Under the pieces are notes generated by a model that did no database searches, was not told the origin of the DNA, and worked only from the letters and a program-made list of their open reading frames with translations. The translations under genes and the position numbers were made by a program. A stretch of 40,130 nt of DNA from Guillardia theta CCMP2712 (Eukaryota; Protista; Cryptophyta), in contig NW_005434643.1 of assembly GCF_000315625.1 (NCBI RefSeq), positions 423,965 through 464,094 of the forward strand, written 5' to 3'. Of the stretch, positions 15,171-27,700 are shown one piece after another. Positions within the stretch are counted from its first letter, which is position 1. Every line of letters begins with the position of its first letter.

Positions 15171-16137
15171 GGCAGGTCAAACTCGACTTTTAACCGTACG
15201 GTCAACCGCCGCTTTGCGGCTTTCTCGTCCCCCCTCAGCGGCCGCCGTAGTGACGGGCCGCCCAGGCGGCCCGGGCCTGTTCTGCCCGCGGCAGGCCCGC
15301 CGGGCCATTCAAGGCTCCGGGCCCGCCGCCGCCGGCAGCGGCAGTCCCGCCATGATCATTTCTGACTCCGACTCCGTCCCTCAGGCCGCAGCTCGCTGTG
15401 TCTAAGTTTGAAGTCTCTCAGTCTCGGAGGCTCGCCGACAGTGACTCGGAGCCACGGTCACCGGTGGGCCACCGTCGTTCAACCGTTCCGTGGCACTGGC
15501 ACTGACCGCCGGTGACTCAGCCCGGCCGGGCCTTCGGGAGCCACGGTGTCCGACTCAAGCACCCGGGCTTTACTACGCCGGCTGACAACGGCAGTGAGTC
15601 ACCCGGTTGCTAGTAACTGCCTAGTAAGGCCCCCGCCCGGCCGCCCGGCGCCCGGGCCGGGCCGGCCGCCCGGCCGCGGCGCGGCCGGGCCGCCCCGGTT
15701 GGCAGTGGCCCGTTTCAAGAGTCCGAAGTTTCCGAAGTTCGGGGGCCGGCGGGGCCCTCAATGACCGTTCAGTGCCCCAGTGGTGACTGCCAGACTCGGA
15801 CAGGCTCCCGCTCGGACGCCGGGCCAACTGAAGGCTTTCCTTTGTGACTCAAAGTTAAGTTAAAAATCAGTACGAGGACAATCAGGACTCCGGGGAGAGT
15901 CAAGGAGGCTTGACCCTGACACTGTCGCACAGGCCAAACGGAGAGAAGAGAAAAGACAGCGAGAACCAAACCTAATCCTGCCGACTGCTGTCCCCCGTGA
16001 CTCGCTGGGCCGCGGCACTCGGATCGGACTCGGACGCCGGGCCAAGGAGCAAGTCCTAGGGTGAGGGCGCCGGGTTCAACGGTTGCCACCGACTCACAGT
16101 GACTTCATTGGACTTCCGTTCATTAATTCAGCCACTA
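15171..16137. promoter_or_regulatory. GC-rich divergent promoter region between the DNAI7-like and protease genes
   Basis: Lies between head-to-head ATGs (15170 -, 16138 +). CpG-rich and dense in GACTC/GAGTC, CAGTG, ACGGT and CCGG words. Confidence 0.6.
15838..15926 (-). repeat. Dispersed upstream element, copy A
   Basis: Reverse-complement match to 34240-34316 (ACTCAAAGTTAAGTTAAAAA.CAGTACGAGGACAATCAGGA..GAGTC.AGGAGGCTTGACCCTGACACTGTC) with two small insertions. Confidence 0.9.
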
Positions 16138-16484
16138 ATGTCAGAGGGCATACCTCAGACCCTGCCGTTCGGAAATGCACTGCCGCAAGTTTGGTGGGTT
16201 GACTTGTCAACTTCGGTACCGGGTACTACTACGCGGCCATAGCAGGTAGTCAAAGGATACCTGAAAGGACTGCCGCAACTTCCGCTCACCAGCGCGTCAG
16301 CAGTCGCCATGTCCTCGGAACCCAAAGATTCGCACCACTACGTCGTTGTTGATGGCCTTGCCATCGCCAACAGAGGCCTCAGGGTGACGATAGCATGCTC
16401 CAACTTTGATTCTCCTACTGCTCTTGCCCTCCGGGCCGCCTGCCCCTGCTGCTGCTGCTGCTTCCCGGAGCCCCCCCCCCCCCT

Positions 16485-16517
<33 letters not shown>

Positions 16518-19500
16518 ACGTCTCGCTCCTTCCAGGCTTCTCCTCCCAGGCTTCTCTTCCTCCCTTGGTCTTGAGACTACCTCTACTTTCCCTTTCCCCC
16601 TGCTGCGCCTGGTCCTCCTGCAAACTTGTGGATTGTTCCGAGCAGCAGAGGAGCGATCAAGAACGAGCATGACTGTGGAGCCTTCTAGATCCCTCCCAAG
16701 AAGCAACCAGCCACAGGCAGAGTCAGACTCGGGTCTGCTCGTCCGGTGGAGGTCTACAAGCCCAAGGCGAGCGTCCCGGACAGGATGGACCTCCGTAGGC
16801 TGCATCATCGCTTCGTCGCCCCACTCATATTGTCCGGTAGGCAAGTGGATGACCGACGTCGAGTACCAGGGGCAGACAAACTCGTGAGGGTCGCCCATGC
16901 CGAGGGAAAGGTAGCTGATCCATGGCAGCTGCTGCGCCAACGCGGTGGCGGGAGCCTACGAGTACCTGTGCAAGCGGCAGGCAGAGAAGACCGGAGACAC
17001 CGTAGGAGATATCTCGAGGTAATCCGTATCAGATCGGCAACAGGTGACGCAAGCTGCTCTAACAACATGGCGCAGGCTCTTCATCTACTACGTCGGTCGC
17101 CTTGCCGACGCTGCAAGTGAGACGATGGAGCTATAGCTTCACCTTGGAGTGATTGCGAACTCAGTGTACAATGAGGAGCACCTTCCGCTCGAGGATGGCG
17201 GGATGACTGTATGCTCGACGACGTGGTTCTTCTTCGGCTGCTGACAATGACCACCTGCAGGTTGACGGCGCCATCAAGGCTCTTCAGGTTTGCGTCAGAG
17301 TCAACTTGATGAGGCCGGACATTTCATGCTTGTTGCGACAGAGCAAGGGAGCGTGCCTTGAAAAGAACTGGGACTTTGACGGGAGCAAGATCAACCAGAA
17401 GCCGCATGAACATTGCTTCGAGGAGGTACCTAGCTCCTTCCAACCTCTTGAGCTGAGCAGTAGAGCTACAGGCCCTGAAGTACAAGATCCGAGATGCTTT
17501 GAAAGTTCCACTTGACCTCCAGACCATGAAGGAAAGTCTCTCGGAGCATGCAGACGTACCGGCTGAGTGCTGCTGCAGACGTGCCTGTCGGACGGTTTCC
17601 CCATCGTCTTCGGGCTGAAGTTGACCGAGAGCTTCATGAAGCCTGCCAAGAAGTTCGCCTCCTCCCTTCCTCCTCTTGCCTTCTCTCAGCGCCTCACAGC
17701 GGTTACGTTCCTAAGCCCGACCCCAACGACCCCGACGCCTCTGAGCATGGCGCGCATGCCCTTCTGCTCGTCGGGTAGACGGCGGGAAGTCTCCGCCTCG
17801 GTGGATGACCAGGAGGACGTGGCAGGTACTCGGACCCCGACCAATGCTTCATCGTGAGGAACAGCTGGGGGAGGTGAGGGAAGTTGCTCGACGAGCAGAA
17901 GGTCATGAGCATCTGCAGCACGTGGGGAGTTGATGGATACTGCTTCGTCGCTTACGACTACGTCTGCAACCCGGCCTACAACCTCGTGGAATACGTCGGC
18001 CAATGTGATGCATTTGATACATGGAAGGAGGGAGAAGGGATGTAAGGGACAGGAGATAGGAGAGAGACGGAGGTGGACAATGAGGATGGTGGTGGTGGTG
18101 GTGGTGGGGAGGAGAGGAGGGAGAGGAGGAGGAGGAGAGGAGGAGGAGTAAGGGGCGGAGAGGAAAGGAGGCAAGACAAGCACAGGGGCAGGAGGGGCTC
18201 GTGAGAGCCCGGAAGTGACTTCGTTTTTACAGGGGCAATCAGAGGCCTTGAAGACTATGACTTCACTCCTGAAGATGGTTGCTCGTCTATCTACTCCTCG
18301 ATCTACTTCTTCTATCTACTTGTCGATCTACTTCTTCTATCTACTGCTCGATCTACTGCTCGATCTACTTCTTCTATCTACTGCTCGATCTACTGCTCGA
18401 TCTACTTCTTCTATCTACTGCTCGATCTACTGCTCGATCTACTTCTTCTATCTACTGCTCGATCTACTTCTTCTATCTATTGCTTGATCTACTGCTCGAT
18501 CTACTTCTTCTATCTACTGCTCGATCTACTTCTTCTATCCACTGCCTCTTATTCCCCTCTCTCCAGGTGTTCCTAGCCAGGAGCACATTGTTGACAGGTC
18601 CAAGGTAGTCGCGTCTCGCTGCATCTCATTCCACCTCAAGACTTTTTTATCCGCACGGCTACCTGCTTGCTCCCTCTTGTTGTTCTGCTGGCTAGACTCT
18701 TCCTCATACCTCATCCTCTCTCTCCTCCTCGAGTCCCTGGCCACCTGACGTGCAGCCCAGGACGACGAGCAAGTGAAGCCTCAGATCGAGGTTTCCTCCC
18801 TGCGCATGGCCTTGCGGTCGAGCTGACGATCTCACGGCAGGTGCGGGAGAAGGAGATGCATCCTGTTGACGGAGGTGAAGTGCTGTCGTGCTGTGCGAGG
18901 CATGGGATGAGACAGGTGGACGAATAGGCAAGGACTTCGGAGACATGTTCGATCCGCTCGCAGAAGCTCGTGAGAGACGATGCGCTCAGATGGGAGCGAA
19001 CTGAAGTCTGGCTCAGGTCGAGTCTTCAAGGCCATCGACACGGATGGATCTGGTTACATCGAGCCAGGGGTGAGACTGCACTTACGCGTCCTCCCTCTTC
19101 GTCACCCCTGATCTTCTCCTCCTCCCTCCTCCCCCCCCCGCCCCCGGCCCCGACCCCCTCGCTCCTCTCTATCGTCTCCATTCTCTCGCTCCTCACCTGC
19201 TCAGGCTGCTCCTGCTGCTGCAGCCCTTGTGTGCTGCTCGCCCTCGCCCTCTCCTCGTCCTCTCCTCGTCCTCTCTCATCTATCGTGTTCAACTCTCATC
19301 GACTTCTCGCGCTGACCTTGCGGATGGCGTCGCAGGAGCTCAAGTCTGCCTATCGCCTGGTGACGTGGACGGGGGCGAGCTAGGAAATGCGCTGACGTGA
19401 GCCCGGCAGCAAGGGCTGTACATCACCGACGACCAGCTGAAAGCCGTGATGAGCATGGTGAGGACGACGAGAACCAGAGGAGGAGACGGTTGACACAGTC

Positions 19501-19657
19501 GCCGCAGTATGACACCTCCAAGGACGGCAAGATCGACTTCGACGAGTACTGTGTGGTGAGGCTGAGGGCATAAGAGCGAGAGGGCAGACATTCTGTGACC
19601 GCAGCTGCTCTGCAGATGATCGGCTTCAAGGACAAGGACGGCAACATTACTGTCTAG
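16138..19657 (+). CDS. Papain-like (C1A, xylellain-type) cysteine protease with a C-terminal EF-hand pair
   Basis: Exons give VPDRMDLR, VEYQGQTNS|CCANAVAGAYEY (catalytic Cys), RLFIYY, GACLEKNWDF, GFPIVFG, HGAHALLLVG (His), FIVRNSWG (Asn) and WGVDGYCFVAYDY. In-phase exons then lead to VFKAIDTDGSGYIEPG|EL and YDTSKDGKIDFDEY; stop at 19655-19657. The 5' exons are less certain. Confidence 0.88.
18284..18545. repeat. Intronic minisatellite built from two interleaved units (TCTACTGCTCGA / TCTACTTCTTCTA)
   Basis: Direct inspection; lies within the intron of about 18278-18566. Confidence 0.9.
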
Positions 19658-20873
19658 TCAGCCCACCGGCCACCGTCACTTAACGTCTGTCAGGTAGAAT
19701 CTCATGCTGCCCCCTGGCCGTCTCAGTGCCACCGTGATGGTGGACTCTTCAGTGAACTTCGGAAGATACTCGACGTAACAGATTTTTTCCTCCGAGCCTG
19801 AGGATCGTCGACGGTCTGAGCCCAGGCTCTGATCATTTGTGTGAACTTGCCCCTGGCGGGCAGCGGCGGTGCCTGCCGGCGGCGTCCCAACTTAACTTGC
19901 CATGACCCGGCCCTTGAACTCGGCAGGCGCTCCGGCCCTCAATGCCCGGCACACTGGCTGTGACAGCCTGGCCCAGCCTGGCAATGCTCTCGGTCCGGCG
20001 GACTCCCGGAGTCTACGGTGGCACAACTCAGTGACTCAGGCACCCGGACGTGCGCACCGCCGCCGAGTGGCACTGTGGGGCCCGGCGAACCATGACCGTA
20101 CGGGTGGCCAAATAATTAGTCACGTTTGTTAAATCGGTAAGTCATCGGTAAGTTTAGACTTCATGGTGACTCGGTGAGCTTCAAGTTCCGAAGTTCGGCG
20201 GCGAAGTTCGACTCATGCACAGCGGTGATCCGGGACGGGAGTCCGCGGGCTACGTAGCCTAGTAGTGCAGTGGCCGTCGGGCGCCGCGCCCTAAGGGCTC
20301 CGACTCTGTACGCCAGCCGACCGGTGACCTCAGCGCCCTCCGGTAGCCTGACCGTGCCAGCTCGAAGTCGGTGCGGCCCCGCGCTGCGGCCGATCGGACC
20401 GGCCGTCAGTCCCCGGGCCCGGCGACCCGCCCCGGACTCTGATGCGGCCCGGGCCTTGCGTGAACTCAAAACGTCGTGAGTCACTGAGAGCCTCGGAGAT
20501 CTTGAGTTTCAATCTTGATTTTAGTCAACTCGGGATTTCAACTCATGGCCGTCTCTGTGGGGTGGGAACGGTAGGGTCCTGCTGTGGGTTGGGTAGGTAG
20601 GGTACCAACAGCCAAGTTGCACTAGGGGAGCTAAAAGAGGTAGTTTTTGATTTGTACGGATTCTGTCGGTGCAGGAAACGTTCAGCGGTACAAATAATCT
20701 GTCTAAAAACGATTTCATATACCGAGATATCAGTCTCGTACCTCGATTCTTTGTACCAGTATAAAACTGTTGTGCAACAACTTGTTTTGAATCACAAACT
20801 ACTTAAAAAGTTATATTCAGGAGTGGCAAAGGAAACGGATCATAACAAATGGCTAAAATATAAAAAGTAAAAG

Positions 20874-20874
<1 letters not shown>

Positions 20875-20922
<48 letters not shown>
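20875..20922. repeat. (TA)n microsatellite
   Basis: About 24 TA units. Confidence 0.95.
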
Positions 20923-20923
<1 letters not shown>

Positions 20924-21599
20924 TTTACAAGTGTGGAGGGCGGAATCAGTTGTTCATAAGGGTAGGGTCAGTTGGGTAGGCTTCCGTAGGACCCCGTCGA
21001 TCCCTCGAAACTAGAGGTAGACACCAAGGTGGGTAGTAATTTATTTACTGAGCTTGGTGGGGTGATAGTACCCACCCCAATCAGCGGTTATCTTCCTGAC
21101 AGCGAGTGATTTTCGCAGGGGTCATGCAAGAGCCTCTCTCGTACTACCCCATCTTTGACTGACATTTTCCCAATCGTCAGACCCTACCCACTTCAATCCG
21201 ACATCTGACCTAGTACCCCACCCACCCACCACCCCCGACAATCGATGAAACCTTTCCACCCTACCCTGGGTATTGACCCCTGCAGGAACGAACCCCCACC
21301 CCATCGTTTTAACCTACGCTCATTTGTCCATCCCTGGCTAAATGCGCCACGCAGGTACCCCGAGAATTAGACCAGCCTGAGGGTGACACCCCCGGTGAGA
21401 AGGTGGGTACCCCCGGTAGAGTGAAATCAGATCGTTCATTCTCAGATGGTATGACCTTGTACGGAATTCACTAGTACCTGCCAGATGAAAACTCGGAAGC
21501 AGGGTAGGGTCATCGTGACCACTGTGACTTCGGCTTGCCATCACCGGATACATGGTACCCCTACCTATGATACTCGACCACCCACCCCATCATACATGG

Positions 21600-22300
21600 A
21601 CGAGTTAGAGTCGCTGTGCCGCGCATGCCGCGCGCTTCCGCGGCTCTTCGTGTTAGCAATCAACGGCATGGGCATGGTCGTGGGGTCGTTATCCCATTTA
21701 TCCTTCATGTCGCAATTTCTATGCCACCACTCTGAGCTGATTGTCCTACCATGATCACCTGCATAACCCCGTCACGATTGTAGAGTCTCAGCCTAGCATG
21801 CTGGAAAGCAAACCCTGCAGTGTGTAGGGGTAGTTTGTATTCATGGTAGGTCGCATTATGAATCTACGGTGCATCTTAACATGATTGATCATTTCTTTTA
21901 TTATGATGCTTACAATCTTGCACAGTAGTTCAGTATCTGATTTGGTCATGTGAAACTGCTGTCCATTCAAGATGCAGCCTTGCAGACGTAGCCGTTTGAA
22001 ACCAGTAGCAGGGTGGCAAGAAATTACTGTCTGAATGACAATCATAGTCTGCATAAGTTTGTCGTTGTGAATGATCTGACAGAGTGCATAACCCTTTGAT
22101 AGTGAACGAAAACAAGCACCTTCTTTAGTTGGTCCCCTGGATGTATTTCACGTTTCAAAGATATCTGAATGTGTCTGCGGATGTTTGATATTGGATTTCT
22201 CTTGAAGATAATCAATGTCTCCCGTCGTTTCCTCTCCTCCATGTGCTGACCATGGGAATTTTCGCAGATTGCAACCATGCTCTAGGGAATTGAACATGCG
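21600..22300 (-). CDS. Possible short-intron hypothetical gene
   Basis: Exon-like pieces (HIQISLKREIHPGDQLKK|IIHNDKLMQTMIVIQT|..GQQFHMTKSDTELLCKI|) separated by GT..AG segments of about 50 nt. No domain recognised. Confidence 0.25.
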
Positions 22301-22481
22301 TAGAGGATTTTTCTGACACAGAAGAGTATCGGACCTCCTGAGATGCAGCGCAGCACTATGTAATGCTTTCTAGAATCTTGACGATTCCAGGATGACTTTT
22401 TGTGTCTGATCAGGTCGACATCCTCATCGTCTTCCAGCTCATACAACTTGATAGGGCAGGTATTCTTCAGGTGGGACTAGG

Positions 22482-24473
22482 TTGTCAAATCGTAACCTTG
22501 AGCTCAAGTTGCGCGGGAATAAGAAGTACAAGCTTGTAAAGAAACTGGGTATCTTGTGTCTCTTATAGATCTTCTAGATGGTGATTGTCGATTTAGGGTC
22601 TGGATCTTTTGGTGAAATCTTTCTCGGCACGCACGTTACCAATGGAGCCGAAGTGGCTATTAAGTTGGAGCCAGTCAGAACGATGCACCCGCAGCTTCTG
22701 TATGAGGCGAAGGTCAGTGAGATCCAATCTCAAGGAGCTGTTAAATTATGCCTGCCTAGGTCTTTCGACACCTTCGTGGCGGACAGGGAATTCCGGAGAT
22801 CTTGTGGGTTGGCACTGAGGGTGATTCCAATGTGATGATCATGGACTTGCTTGGTCCGTCGCTTGAAGATCTGGTAGATCAATAGTTTGTATTTGAATCC
22901 TCTGACGTGATAATTGCATGATCAGTTCAACTATTGTCACCGTAAATTCTCACTCAAGACTGTGTTGATGGTTGGCGATCAGGTAGTTTTCATGCGTGTA
23001 GGAAAAAATGATGCATTTTTGACACTGCATTGCTTACAGATGATAACCCGTCTCGAGTATATTCACAGCAAAGCTTTTCTTCATAGGTTCTGATATTTCA
23101 CTTCTGGTTTCCACTGAATTGAACTCTGCTCGGAAGAGACGTGAAGCCAGATAATTTCTTAATGGGGACACATCGGAAAACTCATCAGGTCTGCTTCAAT
23201 TAACTTCTGCTTTTCTCTTGTACCGATGGAGTCTGTCATAGGTCTATATTATCGATTTTGGACTTAGTAAGCGCTATGTGGATCCTCGCACAAGCCAGGT
23301 AAGCGTAGTGTTCTAATGTCGGCACCCCGGCTCACTTCGCAATAGCACATAGCGTACCGTACTGGTAAAAGCTTGACGGGTACAGCAAGATACGCCAGCA
23401 TTAATACGCATCTGGGATTGGAACAGGTTACTCTACTTCTACAAAGGTGGATCGTCATGATTTTGCAGGGCCGTCGAGATGATTTGGAGGGTCTCACCTA
23501 TGTACTTTTATACTTCCTTCGAGGGCAGCTTCCATGGCAAGGGCTTCAGGTATGTGCAGCGATTAACTCCAAATATTTGACCACGAAACTATGAAGGCTG
23601 CAAATCAAAAAGAAAAATATCACAAGGTACATTATCGCGTTATTCCTCATGCAGCACTAATTGGGCTCGTTCAGATTTGTTTGAAGAAACAAAACGTTCC
23701 AGTTAGGGAGCTGTGTAAAGGCCTCCCTGCGGGTATCCTGTGCACCAGGCATCGCATTTTTCATTGACTGCATTATAGAATTCGGAACACTCCTTTGCTA
23801 CTGCAGAAATCTAAAGTTTGAAGAAACTCCTGATTACAACTATTGTAGAAAGGTAGCAGGACGATGTTATGTTGAATGAGATGGTGGTCACTGTACATTT
23901 GGCAGTTGCTGCGAGAGGTCTTTGAAGCTCACAATTTCACTCTGGATTACGTGTATGATTGGACTATCAAGCAAAGGGAAGCAAGCTCGTCAGGCTCCAG
24001 CGCGACCGTGGAGCCCAACCCTGAGGTAAAGAGTGTTTGTCTTTTCGTTCCCGTGTTGCACACTTGATATTGATCGCCAAACAACTTTATGACCACACAT
24101 AACAAATTTTCTTTACAATCTCGTCACGAAGATCTTATCACGAAATGCCCAGTTGTCTGCGGAAGCTGAGCCAGCTGATTCTGGCCCCCGCGAAAGGTTT
24201 GAACTGAGCTTCGCATGGAATTCTCAATGGGCTGACAGTTGCTGGATCAGGGAGAGAGAGCGTGACAAGGAGAAGGACAAGGAAAGGGAGAGGGACAGAG
24301 AAGTCGACCCCGGGTTAACGAACAGCCCCATGGGTGTGAGTAGTCAAAACAATGCCTTGAGAGGCGGGGCTGTGAAGAAGAGTGGAGGGGTGAATGCAAA
24401 GCCGGTACCCGAGCTCAACAGCCAGGTTGTGGTGGAACTGACAGTTGGGGCAGGGGGACGTCAACAAATCTAG
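22482..24473 (+). CDS. CK1: Casein kinase 1 (start codon not resolved; lies upstream of 22482)
   Basis: YKLVKKLG|[33 protein letters not shown]|[11 protein letters not shown]|[54 protein letters not shown] and DYVYDW are all CK1-specific motifs, split by introns of about 50 nt. Confidence 0.97.
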
Positions 24474-24742
24474 TCAATGTAAAACTCAGTAATTTTTCTG
24501 ATTCTTCGATTTTCACCGATGCCTCGTTACGGACGTAGACTTCTGAACTCCTGTATGGAAAGGAGGATGCGGCAATGGTCTGCTGCTTGCAGTCAAGCGT
24601 CATTTTGACCTCTGTTGATGGATGCGAGCTACTCTCATGACGAGGATAAGCTTCATGGCTGATAATGAAAAACTTTGCACTGATTTTTAGAGGTGGTTGG
24701 GTTAAGGCAGAATCGTTGATGGGGAAAGATGCGATAGAGAGA

Positions 24743-27700
24743 CTAGTCCTCCTCCTCCTTCGAGTGCAGCCACAGCCGCGTCCTCCAGCTCCCATCGACT
24801 GGGACCACCATGTACTCCTGCAAGAAGAATGAGGCAAACTACGAACATGAAGAGGGATGGGAGACAGAGGCAGAGGTCGTGTTGGGAGAGGAGGAAGAGA
24901 GAGAGGAGGGAGGCTCGTGAGGAGTCACCAGTTGCTCGCTGACCAACTCCCTAGCTTGCTGCAGCATCTGCCAGCAAGGAAGAGAGAGATCAGGGGAAGA
25001 ACTAAGAGCGCGATCTCCGACTTCACCTCCCGTGATGTGTCGAACCTCTCGAGCTTCGGAGGGCCTGGAGAAGGCAGCACTTGAGATGTTGAAGAAGATG
25101 ATGGTCGAGGGAAAAGAGCAAGGAGGACGGGAGAACGGGAGGACGGGAGGACGGGAGGACGGGAGGACGGGAGGACGGGAGGATTGAGGAGGATGAGGAT
25201 GACTCTGAGGGTAGACGGCGAGGAGGAGGACAGCATGGAGGAGGACAGCATGGAGGAGGAAGGGAGGGAGGTGGTGGTGGATTTAGGAGGACCGGCGGCT
25301 GCCTGCTCTTGCTTCTTTTGTCCCTTGCCGAAACTGCGAGCCAAGTGAGAGGCAGCGACGTGCAAGCCTGCCTCACCTCATCATCCTTCTGAGCCGATTC
25401 TTGGCCATGATGACGTGCGCGGCCCCTTTGAACTTGTTGACTGCAGAGCCGTCAGGAGGAGGAGCAGCGGATAGAGAGAGAGGGGAGAGGGGAGGAGGGG
25501 AGAAGGAGGGGGGGGGAGGGGGGGGGATAAGCAGGAGGTGATTGAGGAGAGCGGGAACGATGAGGAGGATGAGGAGGATGAGGAGGATGAGGAGGATGAG
25601 GAGGATGAGGACAGTGCGGTGGTGGTGGTGGAACGATGAGGAGGAGGAGGGGCAGAGAAGGAGGGAGGGCATATCACGTAGAGCCTTCTTCCTCGCCTTG
25701 ATATCCTCTGCCTGCCAGACTTGCATGAACTCAACAACCTGCCGACCCGTCAGCCACAACCGTCGAACGAGCGGTGACGTCACCAAGTTGGTAAGAAGGT
25801 TGCAGAGGCCGATGCCCATGATGACATACCCCATCATGAAGTAACCTGAACTCTCTTCAGCGCTACCGCCTCCACCAACTCTTTCAAGTCCTTGTCCTTC
25901 CCCTTGTCCTCGTTCTCGTACACGCTCTGTTCCTTCTGACCCTTTTTCTATCCTTCTTCCTCAGAAGTCTTCTTCTTCCCTCTCCCTCCCTCCCTCCCTC
26001 CCACTCCCTCTCCTCCCTCTCCCTCTCCTCCCTCTCCCTCTCCCTCACTCTCTTGCTCTTCCTCTTCTACATGAATCCCGTGAGTTCATCCCTCTCCCCC
26101 CCTCCTCCTCTATCTGCTCCTGCTCTCCCTCTACCAACATCTGCCACCTCCATCTCCTCCAAGCCTCTTGCCCACCAGACACGAAGGCAATCTTGACAGG
26201 GGAGCCCGACTTGTCGGCAATGTGTACGAGGCTGCAGGACTTGTCAGTGGGAGGGCAGGAGGAGGAGGAGGAGGCGGAACCCGTTCCAGTCCTCCACGAA
26301 GAGCAGAAAGGTAGAAAAGAGGCCTGAGCTGGCGGTGTTGAAGTTGGGGAGATCTTCCCTGTAAATGTCGTGACGGACAAAACAGGATAAGAAGGAGTAG
26401 TTGGAGGAGGACGCAAAGGAGGAGGAGGAGGAGGAGGAGGCAGGGGAGGGAGGAGGGGAAGAGAAAGAGAAGGAGGATGAGGAGGAGGAGGAGGAAGAGG
26501 AGGAGGAGGGGGAGGAGCAAAAGGAGAGAGGAGTATCTTACGAGGTGGAGGTGACATTGAGCTCAGAGGTCACGGGAGGAGAGCACTGGTGGGTTGGATG
26601 TGCCAGCAGCTCCATGCCGATGCAGCAGAACGCGAAGACTGTGCTTGCGACGAGTGCAGCGAAATCGAGGAGGAGAGGACCAACCTGAGGCAGGTGGATC
26701 ACTGGAATGGGAGGAAGAAGAGATGGAGCTTGAAGAAAGACGAGGAGCACGCTGAGGCAAGAGAAGTTGGGGAGCAGGAGCAGAGGAAGCGGGTAGAGGA
26801 GAAGGAAGTGGTGGTTGTAGTGGTGGTTTCATTGGTGGTGGAGGAGGAGGAGACAGCGAAGAGATCGTATGGCTTACTTGAGTGCAGAAAACGATGAGAT
26901 ACCTTCTGGAAGGAGCATGGTAGAGAGCGACCCTCTTCATGAAGATCAGAAGAGCAGCAGGAGGAGAGGAGAAGGAGAAAAAGAGTGGGAGGGGTGGGAG
27001 AGAGACTAGAGAGGGAGGAAGGGCGGGAGGAGAAATGTACCAAAGATCGGACAGCAGCAGCAGCACTGAGCAGCTGTGGCCATGGGACGGACCATGATTC
27101 GGCTATCGCGACACAGTATAGAGCCTGGAGGAGAAGAAGGAAAGGGAGAGGGAGAAGGAGAAGGAGAAGGAGAAGGAGAAGGAGAAGGAGAAGGAGAAGG
27201 AGAAGGAGAAGGAGAAGGAGAAGGAGAAGGAGGAAGTGGAGGAGAAGGAAGTGGAGGAGGAGGAAGAAACGTGGGGGGTCATGAGTGCAGGAGACGGCAA
27301 AGGAGAAGATGAAACAGTCAGCCTTGGATTGCGTTGGAATAGGCGTACGAGGAGAACGAGGAGGCGGAAGAGCAGCAAAAAGAGGAGGAGAGGAGGAGAA
27401 AGTCGGAAGAGCAGCAAAAAAGAGGAGGAGAAGGAGAAAGCAACGGAGGAGGCGGAAGAGGAGCAAAAAAGAGGAGGAGGAGAAGGAGAAAGCAAAGGAA
27501 GAGGAAGGGAAGAAGGAGGGAGGGCGGAAAGGGGGGGGGGCGGGCTGGGATTGAGGATAAGAGAGGGTCGGCAGTTGACCTGCGCTAGGGCACAGAAGAC
27601 GAGGACAAAGCAATCAATCATCCTCCACTCTTCTACAAGAACCTGGGAGGCAGGCAGAGAAGTCAGCGAGCGCAAGGAAGAGACAGAGAGACAGAGAGAG

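Noticed and set aside
15838-15926. The dispersed element as a spliceosomal snRNA, SL RNA or tRNA
   Set aside because: No U1/U2/U4/U5/U6 hallmark sequences, cloverleaf or A/B boxes recognised; copies tolerate internal insertions.
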